Positions 13,296 to 25,700 of a DNA stretch of 64,000 nt are shown here, one piece after another. Source of the DNA: Azolla caroliniana. Lineage: Eukaryota > Plantae > Polypodiophyta. The stretch covers positions 3,224,001 through 3,288,000 of the forward strand of contig JBHGNT010000010.1 of assembly GCA_043228905.1 (NCBI GenBank). Reading direction: 5' to 3'. The notes beneath the pieces are model-generated. The model was not told where the DNA came from. It searched no databases and was given only the letters and a program-made list of their open reading frames with translations. How positions within the stretch are numbered: the first letter of the stretch is position 1; every line of letters begins with the position of its first letter. The translations under genes and the position numbers were made by a program.

Positions 13296-13958
13296 TGTCG
13301 TGATGTGGCATGTCTAGTGCGAGAAAAACTCAAAAATTGAGGATCCACACACATTTCACGAATACTTGTAAAAATGAAAATAAATAAACCTAGGTCACAA
13401 TGGCATTGAGTGCATGTAGAGGGTTGCAAGCAGGATTTGAACCTTGCACCTCTAAGGTAAGAGGCAATTACCTTACCACTAAAGCTACTACGAAGTGCTT
13501 TAGATATTCTATATTTCTTTCTCATATTCAGTATTCCGTAGGAAACAAACGAACAAAACTGTGTACACAAAACCACGGTTTTAAGCCCATGGTTTCCTGC
13601 ATGTCACAAAGCAAAACTGTGTGCACAGAAACCATGGCTCCAAGCCCATGGTTTTGTGCATGGACAAACCTATAAAACCCCTAATACGGCTTGTGTAAGG
13701 GGGGGCTCAATATGATATGACCATCATCATCACCATCAATAATATAAGCTTCTATTTCTTCTTCTTCGCATCTATCTTGTAATTATTTATCTACTTCTGA
13801 AAGTGTACAATCTTCAATCTTCTCAAGTGTAATAGGTCTTCCTCCAATCTTACATTCACATCGTCCTCTTCTCAATACCTTGACGGACATCCTCCTTGGT
13901 CCAAGACCCCGGTGGTCCCGCTCAAGCGAAGCACGCTCGCACGCGCATCTTCGCGACA
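13296..13958 (+). mobile_element. Solo LTR nested in the MULE
   Basis: Termini TGTCGTGA...TCGCGACA, GCGT duplicated on both sides (4-bp TSD) and a TATA-like CTATAAAA at ~13670. Confidence 0.8.
13421..13492 (-). other. tRNA-derived (Pol III A/B box) segment inside the solo LTR
   Basis: Minus strand reads TAGCTTTAGTGGTAAGG...AGGTTCAAATCCT. No proper cloverleaf. Confidence 0.6.
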
Positions 13959-14375
13959 GCGTATCTAGTGTTAACTCGAATACGCAGATTCTTCACCATC
14001 ACAGACGTTGTTTGCTCTTCCGCATTGACGGCCTTGCCACCAACATTTGGCATCAGAGCATTGGAGGTTCTTCAACCCGATGCCAGTCGTCATAGTACAC
14101 CACACAACATTCCGTTTTTCTTTTTCCTTGAAGAACAGATTTTTTGCGCCTTCTTCCTTATCGAAATTCGATAGTGCAGATCGCACGCGCCTTCTCTGAG
14201 CAACCTGCACCGTCTGTGGCCGCGATTCCCTCACCAACCCTCTTTATGATTTGTGTCATAATAGACATGTCGATATACATGTCATGTATGTATGTATGTA
14301 TGTATATGCCATGTTATGTATGTATGTATGTATATGTCACGTTATGTATGTGTGTGAATATGTGTGTCATGTGAA

Positions 14376-14650
14376 GCTTGTGTCTATTTGCACCTAAATC
14401 ATAAAGAGGTCTTCCTGGTGAGGGAATCAAGTCGCTCAGTAGAGGGCGTGGTGCGATCTGCACTGTCCGATTTGGATTAAGAAAAAACATGCCAAAATAA
14501 AAAAGTTGTTAGTAGCCACCCGGCTCTGACACCCTTAGTCACTCGGCTACTCGTGAGTCCCCCCACCTATCACAAGTCGTCGCCCAAATGTGATCAGCCG
14601 ACCAAATGTGTCACCCAACAAAATGTGGTCACCTAATTGATACAACAAGT
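14376..14650 (+). mobile_element. Older, diverged MULE terminus of the same family
   Basis: GCTTGTGTCTATT...AAATCATAAAGAGG...GAGGGAATC...GTGCGATCTGCAC aligns to the TIR at 9539, followed by decayed GTCGCCCAA repeats. Confidence 0.8.
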
Positions 14651-16792
14651 CGTATAAAACCTTGAAACCTGTCATTTTTCATATTTTTTAAATGAGATTG
14701 TCAAGGTTTTGTAGAAGGAAAACAAAATCGGCCAGCCAACTGTCGAAGTGCATTTTAGCCTCAAGCTTGTGCACTTGAAATTCCTATGGTGCATCCGATT
14801 GTAGAAATGTTCCATTTGCTCTATTCTTCAAACTATGAGATCTTGAGGAATTGATCTAATCCAAGAAAAGTTTCCATTGTTTTAATCTTAACACAATGAA
14901 TTCAAGTCTAATTTATTCGATCAAGGGAAGCTTTATTAGTAAAGCTTATGATTTGTAACTGTCACTCACTACTTGAATCTAGATCAATAGATCTCACACA
15001 TAGACGATTTCACAAGTCTTGAGTAATGGATCTCATAACATGAAAATTTCTGTCATTTTCACCTTTACATTTTGATTCAAATCTTAAATGTGGATCTAAT
15101 CATATAAAAGATGTTTTAATTCTAAACTTCAAGTTGTGGGTTCTAGTCTCAAGTATTGGATCCAATCTTAGAGAAGTTTCCATCCTTTCAATCTTCATGC
15201 CATGAAAACTTACAATTTCCATACCTCTAGGGTTAAAAAGAATACCAATGTCTAAAGCTAATAGTAATAAAGTATAGAAATCGTTACACTGAACAAAGAA
15301 AGCATATGTAGCACTATAAAGAAGAAGCCATTGCACATGAGCAACACTAGCATTATGTAAGGCTCACGATAGCATCTTCTCTTATCAATAGCATTGCATT
15401 CACACAAAATTGGTATTCTCCTTGAGATGTGGAATGTGATTTATAAAGGTAAGTAGCTTACATGATTTCCAAATTAAAGATGTGACAATAAATTGTAATG
15501 AATAAAACATTAAACACATTGTTCAAGACTTGAATATACAACCTTCAAGTTGGTAGGCCTAAAGTTAACCTTCAATGCTGTATCAATAAATATTGACTAG
15601 GATATTTTAAGCACACTATTATATATAAATGAGCTGTAAAACCCTAGAAATTTATAAAGTTTTTAATGGGCAATGAAATACCCAAATCATGCACCACATC
15701 AATCAATGAATATTTTCCTTTGATGTAGAATGAAGACAAAAAATATGATAGATGATGTCACATCCACAATAATTAGGACTCAAAGGTTCTGATAATTAGG
15801 ACTCAAATAGTTTATGATGCTCAGAAAGGAACTTTCACAGGAACCATAATGTCTAAATGTTCAATATGAGCATTATTGTCTAAGAACTGACCCTTTGTTT
15901 CCATACTTTTTGTGAATCTAATAATACCAATATTAGTGAAAGGGAATCAAATGGTTGAGTTAATTGATATTGAGTATCATAATAGATAGCAGAAGCAGGG
16001 TTGATGAGAATACACATGAATACCCCTAGTTTTTCATTTCAGTTGATTCATCCGCTTTCACTCATTTTCCAAGATACATACAGAAAGAAAGAGTGTTTAA
16101 TTATTTCAAAATTTCTCCATATAATTGAAAGTCTGATTGATACATAAGAAGTTTGTGCTACTGGCTACCATGATTCGTGATAGATGAAATTAACAGTAGA
16201 GTAGAGACTAGATGATGTTATTTCAGGTACTTCAAAGAGATATTATCCATGTACTTCTGAAGTTCCATTGAATTCATAGCATGACAATCTTCCATTCAAG
16301 GCATATCAAAAAAGCATCCTTTGAGCAAGATCCTTCAAGAGTAAAATCATAATTAATAATAATCTTACTCTTCCATGTGACCACATGAGAAAACTAGACT
16401 TGCTCACCCCAGTAAATAAGAGATACAACATTGATATGATTCAATTCTACTATGACATAGCTTGCTGCCATTATGTTATATTATTGAGTTGTTTTGCAAA
16501 AATATACACTCTTGTGGATACCAGGGATACAAAGGTAAACATTAATGGGTCGGTTGAAACCAAGAATATCTATAAATGAGATTCCAAGCATGTATTCATG
16601 ATCTACAACATTCAAACTATATTATAATATTACAGTTTTTACTAAGAACCACCATCAAAATATTTTTGTACATAGGCTCGCATATGAATACTCTTTCGTG
16701 CCTAGACACTTACAAAACTGTTCTACAACTATAATACAAGAATGAATTTATGAAGAAAATCTTGGTCAAAGAATTTGATAAAATATCTGGAA

Positions 16793-19700
16793 TTATCTCA
16801 CACGAAGAAAACCACGAACTTCAGCAAGAAAAATATAGAGATTTTCACGGAACCTTCGACGATTCCCACGATCAAGAGATGTCGTCAATTGATTTCCTGA
16901 TATAAGCATATGAAATGCTGCAGTCAATCTGTTCTGAAGCATGATATTTTGTTGCTCCCTTAGAAGGTCATTTGCTAGTGTCTAATGAAACACCAAAAAC
17001 AATGAGTTTAATTTATGGATGCATGGGTCATTGTCATATGAATCATGAAGGACAACATACAAATGACTTTAACCTGATATAATGTAGTATTGCAAAGGAT
17101 AAGTGGAAACAAAGCATCTGCTGCTGCATCTACTAATTCGTTGCTGTGAAATGACCGAAGACATTATTACAAAGCCTTTCTTGTTAATACATTGTAATTA
17201 TTGTTGAGAATGATTAAATTTATCGCCAAACAGCTAGCCAACCCCAACGGCTAGTTATCCAACACCTTGACTTCTACAATATGGAGGACGTGGACAAACT
17301 ACAGGTTGCGGTTGTGGGGGCCGAAGATGTGGAAGAGGTCACCGAGCAAACCTTATGGTAGCAGAAGAAGAGGACGGAGCTAAGGTGGTGTTCACCGAAG
17401 AGGATCAAGCTCTCTTAGAAAAACTTAGGAGGAAGCAAAGAGCTGCATTCATACAAAGGGGTAATGCTGCTACCTGTGCTTATTCCGCCAAAGGTACTAG
17501 TAACACACATATTCTTACTCTACACCAGAATGGATAATTGATTCTGGTGCATCTAGGCATGTGATGGGTAATTCTAGCAAGTTCTTCACATATACTCACT
17601 TAGCAATACCAGAAAGCATTCAAACTGCTGATGGTACAACACAACTTGTAGTTGGTATAGGTACAATGAAATGTACCGACTCTGTGACATTGTCTAATGT
17701 ATTGCATGCTCCTTTCCCAGTAAACCTATTATCCATAAGTTCTATCATACTCCAACTAAAATGTGTTGTTTCTTTTGATATTCCCAAGGTGACATTCCAA
17801 GAGAAAGGGACAGGTCGGAGACTTGGGACTGGCACATGGCATAATGGACTATGGTATTTGGATCGTGAAGGGCTGGATTCAGCATTAGCATCTATGGTCG
17901 AGGGAATAGATGTAAGGGGGTCTAAAATGAGTTGTGCAGACTTGTTGATGCTTTACCACCAACGTATGGGAGATACCTCTTATGGGGTTTTGAGTCAGGT
18001 GTATCCACACCTTTTTGAAAAGGCTGATAAATAGAAACTTGTTTGTGATGCATGTGAATTTGGTAAGCTTACTAAAAGCTCATATGTTAGTTCAGGTCAT
18101 AGGACTCCCCATGCGTTTGATGTGATACACTCCAATGTTTGGGGACTGTATTCCACAAGTTCTATTAATGGATATAGATATTTTGTCTCTTTCATTGACT
18201 GCTTCTCTTGTTCAAACTCAATATGGTGTTGTAGTAAAGGCGTTGAGGTCTGATAATGGAACAGAGTATGCTAACATTATGTTTAGGGCATACTTGTCAG
18301 ATCAAGGAATACAACATCAAACTACATGCCCATATATACCATATATACCAGCACAAAATGGAGTAGCAGAGAGGAAGAATAAACATCATCTAGAGGTAAC
18401 AAGAAGCATGATGATTTCTATGAATGTACCAAAGCAGTTGTGGGGACGGGCAGTTTTGACGGCTGCTGCATTGATCAATAGAATGCCCTCTAGAGTATTG
18501 GAGTGGAAGTCTCCCCGTGAGTTGTTGCAAGGAGATAACTCTGGGATCCTTCCTTTGAAGTTGTTTGGATGTGTGTGTTTTGTAAAGGACAGTTGACCAT
18601 CTGTAGGAAAGCTTGATCCTAGAGCTGTGAAATGTGTATTTGTGGGATACTCTGCCACACAAAAGGGGTAGGTACGTTTGTTGGAGTCCAGTGGAGAAGA
18701 GATTATTTGTGAGCATGGATGTGCATTTCCAAGAGTGGGAGCCATATTATAAACAAGAGGTAACTTCAGCCTTTGATGACTTGATTGAGACTGAAAATAT
18801 GAGGGAAGGAGATAATGGTGAGAGGTTGCTAAAAATAGGATCAATTCCTTTGTTGATCCCTACACTGGCTGAGAAACAAGTGAGCGTCGGAAATGAGGAA
18901 GAAGAAGGAAAAGAAGACGAGGAACCTGCATATGTTGGGACTCAAGTGGAGGGGGAGCTAAAGGTATACCCGGAGGAAGAGGCAAGAGGAAGGAAATATG
19001 AACACGTCTACAGTGCCACTTGTGCCATCAAGTCCCATGTCCGGACTTGCCTCGACTTCTGAAATACCTATAGAACTCCCAAACCCAGAAGCCACATGTG
19101 ATATAATTTCCTCTCCTCCTATAGTGGTTAGGAGGACCTCTCGCCGTAATGCTGGAGTCGCTCCTAATCGTATGGTTTTCCTCATGATATTGCTCAGTTT
19201 ATCTCTTATTCTAACATATCAGCTACACATAGAGCATTCATTGCATCATTAGACTCTATCACTTTACCCAAGTGTCGGCAGGTTGTTAAAGAAGATCCAA
19301 GTGGAAAGCAGCTATGCAAGAAGAACTGGGACCTCTTGAGAAGAATAAAACTTGGGAGATTGTATCACTACCACTAGGAAAGAAGTCGGTTGGGTGCAAA
19401 TGGGTATTTACAATAAAACAGACCCCAAAGGGCAAAATCGATCATTACAAGGCACGATTAGTGGGTGGCTAAGGGATATAATCAGACATATGGCATTGAT
19501 TATGATGAGACTTTTGCACCTGTAGCGAAGATGAGCACTGTTAGAACACTTATTTCCTTAGCATTGAAAAAGGATTGGAAATTACATCAATTAGATGTAA
19601 AAAATGCATTCCTTCATGGAGAGTTGATGGAGGAAGTGTACATGGATATCCCCCCCAGGCTTTCGTACAATTCAAACAGTAGGCAAGGTGTTTAGACTAA

Positions 19701-22700
19701 GGAAGTCGCTTTATGGACTGAAGCAATCTCCTCAAGCCTGGTTTGACAGGTTAAGAAGGGCTATGGTGGGTATGGGATACCAGCAAATCAATGCGGACCA
19801 TACCGTGTTTTTCCGACAACAAAAGGAGCATACTACATTACTTGCTGTGTATGTGGATGATATATTTATCACTGGTAACAATGAAGGAGAAATTGCCCAA
19901 CTGAAGGTGCAACTAGGTAAAGAGTTTGAGGTGAAGGATATAGGGTTGCTACGATACTTTCTTGGAATTGAAGCAGCTCGTGGGGCAAGAGTTGCTCTAT
20001 CTTAGCGAAAATATGCATTAGATCTTTTCACAGAAACTGGAATGTTGGGTTGTAGGCCTGTAGCATCTCTAATTGACCCAAAGATTAAGTTAACTGAACT
20101 TGCAGGAGAGAAAGTTGATCGTGAAAGATATCAAAGATTGGTAGGTCGGCTGATTTATTTGACTCACACTCGTCCAGATATTTCATTTGCAGTAAGTGTG
20201 GTGAGTTGCTACATGCATGATCCGAGGAAATATCATATAGATGCAGTGTACCAAATTTTGAGATATCTCAAAGGTGCCCCAAGGAAGGGATTGAACTTTA
20301 GAAAACATGGTCATTCTAACATTGAGGGCTATTGTGATTCTGATTGGCCTAATTGTGCTGATCATAGTACGTAAAATTCGTGTTCGTCTGCTATATCATT
20401 CGTTTTCCTACGTTGGAAAACGAACACGAATAATATTCAAATATTCGCGTGTTTTTTTTGTTTTTTCCCTCTTTTTCCCCCTTTTCCCCTTTTTCCTCTG
20501 CACATCAACGCTACACTCTCCTCTCCTCCCCTTTTCCCCCTTTTCCTTGAACGATCTGCTGCTTGCATCGTGCACACTAGTCACTAGTGAGTCAGTGACT
20601 ACACATCTTCTCCCGGCATACCAACAAGATTCAGGTATGTTTAGGGTTAATAATAGGGTTTAAAGTTGTTTAAACTTTAGGCCTGTAATTTTTTATGTAT
20701 GTAGTACAGAAATTTCTGTAATTTTTCACTAAATTCTGTAATATTTTTAAAATTTCTGTAATTTTTGTAATTTCTGTGTAATTTCTGTATAATTTTTGTA
20801 ATTTCTACGTCATGTCTTTGTAATTTCTGTAATTTTTCTTTTATTTGCTCTATAATTTCTGTAATTTTTCTATAAAGCTTGTAATTGCTTTAATTTTTCT
20901 ATAATTTCTATCATTTTGAAGTAATTCGTGTAATTTCTATCATTTTTCTATATTGTTATTAAGAAGGTAATGTGTTTTTGTTTGCAATTTTAAAAAAAAT
21001 ATTTACCTTATTTATCCAAAAGTATGGTATTTATCATTCTTCGAAGGTGTTTACCATTCTCGAACACGAATGCACGAATGGTACATATGGTTCATACTAT
21101 GGTGCTGATGATAGGAAATCCACATCAGGATACTGCATGTATGTTGGGGGCAATCTGGTCTCTTGGAAGAGTAAGAAACAGTCGGTAGTAGCAAGGTCAA
21201 CAGCAGAAGCAGAATATAGAGCTATTGCTGTAGGAGTTGGGGAGATGTTGTGGCTGAGAAATTTCCTGGTAGAACTAAAGATGAATCAAGAAAATCAGAT
21301 GAAGCTGTGTGTGGTCTGACAATAAGTCAGCCATTAACATTGCCCCCAACAATCCGGTACAGCATGATTGGACCAAGCACATCAAAATCGACAGATTCTT
21401 TATCAAGGAGAAGCTTGATCGTGGAATACTAAAATTGAGTCATGTTTCTACTGAAGATCAAGTAGCAGATTGTCTTACGACGGGATTTGGGCCAGTAAGT
21501 CTTTCTAGATTGTGTGACAAGATGGGCTTAGTTGATATCATCTTTCGCCCATCTTGAGGGGGAGTGTTGAGAATGATTAAAGTTATAGCCAAATGGCTAG
21601 CCCAACGGCTAGTTATCCCAACAGCCAGATCTTGGCCTTTAAGAGGAACCTTCTCCTCATGTAAAGGTGTTTTCTCTCTCCTGTTGTGACAATATGTATA
21701 TTCTTGAGAATAAAGGTGTTTTTCTCATTTTTCAATAATTACAGCTTATTATTTTGCTATGTTAGTTTTGGTTTGTTAATCTACAGGAGAATAACTAAGA
21801 ACCACCTGAAATGATAACAAAAAAGAGACGTATGATTATACCTAAACACAAGAATTTAAACAAAAAATATATATGGAGAAACACATATAATAACGAGCTC
21901 TGAATATGTGAAAATGAGTTTCACATAAAAGTGAGCATAATAAGAGACAGAAAAATATGAAAATGTAATGTGTGTTACCTATAGTCTTCAAAAAGAAGGT
22001 ATTGCATGAGCGATCGAAGGAAGTGAGCAAGAACACCCTCATGTTGTACAGCACCATTATTATCCGATGCTCCAATTGCGTGAAAACCCAACCCTTCCTC
22101 GCCCTTACAAATGGCATGATAATGATAAAATGCAATAGCATTTAATGCAGTTAAAGATGTGTTCACAACCTCAATGTCCTGCATAAATTATGATATATTA
22201 CTCTTTTGAATCACTACTCAATAAGGAAATTCAATTAGACAAGTCCTTCCTACAGTAGCAGAAATGTTACCTGATGCCGCAGGCCATAGTCGAGAGTGCT
22301 CACAATTTGACCAAAAGCCTCCTTGGATAACTTGGCTATTTTATCTGGGTAAACTTCAAGCATATGTGCAAGGAGAGTAAAATACTGCAAAAAACAAAAT
22401 CCATGACCTTATAATACTAAAACTGCATGTGCAGTTTTTGAATTGCTATTTCATCACTGATATAAATTTCAAGGCAAATACAAACAAACCTGTCGACACA
22501 ATTTTGGATATTTCAGCAGATCAATGGAAATGAGAGGTATGATAATGTGTAGACCCAAATAGACTACCTATAGAAAACAGGATTAACTAAAGTCCATATG
22601 GTCAAACATCATTAACTAAATAAAAACCGGTTGAAGCACCTGGGGAACATCAGGATTCTCAGATTCATTTCTTCCGTCTGATGCAAAGTCAATCTGGACC

Positions 22701-25700
22701 ATGATGATCAACATACCCAATCAGAATTCTCCACTTGGTGAAAAAAGAGAGTTTTGAGGCCTTACCAAATCTTTAGAGCTCAAATGGGTTAGTAATTGCA
22801 GCAATGCTCGCAAATCTTTGTATTTCTCCACCTGGCTCTCAGTATATAGGCTCTTTGACGTACTCAATGACACCTAGAGATTCATCATTTATAAGATTTT
22901 GGTGCTAAAAATACAGCTACATCAATTGTATCATACTTAAGATAACGTGAAATACTATATAGATCATACAATGCATTCACATTCACACATACAAGCATGC
23001 AAGCATATCAGACAACGAATCAATAGAGGTTACATTCATCTGCAGAAGGTGTAGTATACTTTTCCAATGTTATGTGTAGAATAAATCTGAAGTAGCCGCA
23101 AAGAGAAGCTGAAAAGAACTGCCGTTTCCTTAGCTTCCAAAAATGCAACTTGCCCATCCACCCAATCCACCACAAATTTCAGAAGAACATAGACCACTGA
23201 CGGCTACAATAAAATTGGAGGTAAGCTTAGTAATTTGCAAGACAATTTATTGACACGAAATGAGAATTTAAAAGTTTCTGCCAATACTTGGTTCTTGTAA
23301 GCCTCAAGAAATATAAGCATAGGATCCATTACTGCAGCACCAATATTGAACATTGCCTTCTGACTTCTTGGCATTGTAGCTCGAGCTGCTCCACGTAATC
23401 TTTCCATTAAAGTAATAACCTGTAACAGTCCACAAACAACATCATAAAGAATAGATAAAATCAGCTGATCGTCCTTTCCTTTAAAAAATCCTCACCATGA
23501 CAATAGCCTCTGGTTTTTGAGCAAAAGTGTTCAGATCTTTGCTATGTGCTATTTCAATTAGCTTAGCATTGATGGGGGAAAACAAGTCCATTAAAAACCT
23601 GCAAAATGAACTTTTATCTGTTAATATTACACATAATTGTAGGAGAAACAACAAAGAGCAGGAAATACTTACTGGTTTGTTGCCTCACTACTACTTAAAC
23701 CAGTTGCTGATCTGCATAGCACCTCTGCAAGTCCACGCTTTTGGTAGAAAGAATTTAAATTGAAATTAGTCACTTTCTATACAATGAAATTTTAATATCA
23801 TTAATATAATGTCAGGGGACAAAGAATTCTCTAACTTTCTGTGACAGTCAAGGACAGATAGTGAGCACAATAGTATACAGTATCAGCAATTCTACAATCC
23901 ACGATCCTGCAATTCTACACTACAATCTACCATTTCATTTCCAATATCAGCAACAAAATCCGGTTTTATATAAATGCTTCCATTCCAGATCTATGTAACG
24001 AAAACTTTTATGTTATGTTATACTCTTTATTTCTATCTTCCAGTTTAAATCTTTCCACAGAAGATGACTTAACTACTCTGACATCGAGTAAATCATAACA
24101 AAATAATTGCGAATTCTAGATTATAAAGGTACAACGGAAGAAAGTTAGCTCTGACACAACATTCTACACCGAATACAAACCTGAATAGTAGAAGGAAGAA
24201 CTAGCAAAGTTTGATCCAGATACGCAAATGCCTTTGTAAGATTTTGCCAAGTCTCCTGGTTTAGAATTAGAGAAAACTGAGTGCATGAACAAAATCAAAA
24301 TTGAAAACAGCATTGCAAACTTAACAGTATGTAATTGTGTTTACCACACAACATGACTGCGTCAATAAATATAACCGAGTTGGTAAAATTTTACTATTCA
24401 GTGGTATTGTCCTTTACCAGAAAAACCGCACCGTTTTTTTAATGTCTCAAATTTTCAACCAAATGAAGATGCAGACGAGTAATATGGTACACTCATTCAA
24501 GGATCCCTGGTACAATTTAATGTTGGTTGAAATGCACAAATTTAAAATAAAGGGATCACACATACCTTTATAATTGATGCTTACAGAAAAACGAGGAGGA
24601 AAAGAGAAATTTTGGTCATGAATCACTATTTTGTTGATGATGTTTGTCCACTCAAGGACATGGTTGCGTGGAGTGGAGTACAATAGAGAGTTTTCCTGAT
24701 CATGATTGGCACTAAATTGCTCAAGTTAACAACTTACCATCTTTGGCACAATATATTTTCTTGTCCTTCACAGTTTACAGAGGCAATGCCCTCTCCCTGG
24801 AAAAATAAGATACCATACACTTTTGGCCTGTGTCTTCTCTCTTAAAGACTTTTGTGTTTAGATCCTGGATGTTCTGAATATTCAAAAGATAGCCATTTAC
24901 ATTCTCGTGAAGCAATCTTGGTTCTCACACACACCTCTACAAACTTTTGCCGTATCAAATAGAAACTGTGGCATTAAATAGTTTGGATAGTATTTATCTC
25001 TGACATCATTTCACAATTGGGACAGAGCAGTTTCATAGGCCAAAGGAAAGCATTCCACGTGTGAAAATGGTTATAAGTAATAATACTGTTGCAAGGAGGT
25101 GGTTACCTTTGGACATTTACGTAGCTAATGAGTTAAAAATTCATCAGCACATACATAAGTAGAAAGTCTATGTACAACATCGCCACACGACTCTTTACTT
25201 TTCGATGCAAAAAGTCTTTCATATTGTTTTTACTCAACCTTCCACCAAAACAATGGTTTTAGCATGTTTTTTCACACTATACTTTGATCTCATAATCACC
25301 TTCATGGTTTGCCATACAAATGTCACTACAGACACAGATAAACATACATATAATGATCACTAATCTGGGCATTACCACAAAGTCTAATAATAATGATACA
25401 CTAGGAAAACAGTTATTAAAAGACATCTATATGAACGAAATGATGAGTGTGTTATTGAGTTATCTTGAATTCTTTATACAGCACCAATTCTTCTTTATCT
25501 TTCTTCTCCACAGATTATCATGTTTCCTATCCATAACAAATACAAATAAACCCATAAGAGAGAATATTCTCTAACTTTTAGTTATTGCAACATAATATAT
25601 GTGCATGAAGTGTTCCTATCCTTATGCTTAGTTCAAAACCCACACCTGTAAGTGCACCCACTCTATGATTTCATTGGGAACTGCCGCCACATATCAAAAC

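Larger units (their letters stand above)
9539..14272 (-). mobile_element. Mutator-like element (MULE), full length, transposase disrupted
   Basis: ~135-bp imperfect TIRs at 9539-9675 and 14139-14272. Perfect 9-bp TSD ATATACATG at 9530-9538 and 14273-14281. GTCGCCCAAC subterminal repeats at 9688-9820. Internal MULE transposase. Confidence 0.93.

Noticed and set aside
14800-16600. Possible very old Copia remnant on the minus strand
   Set aside because: Only faint motif traces, not enough to support a call.
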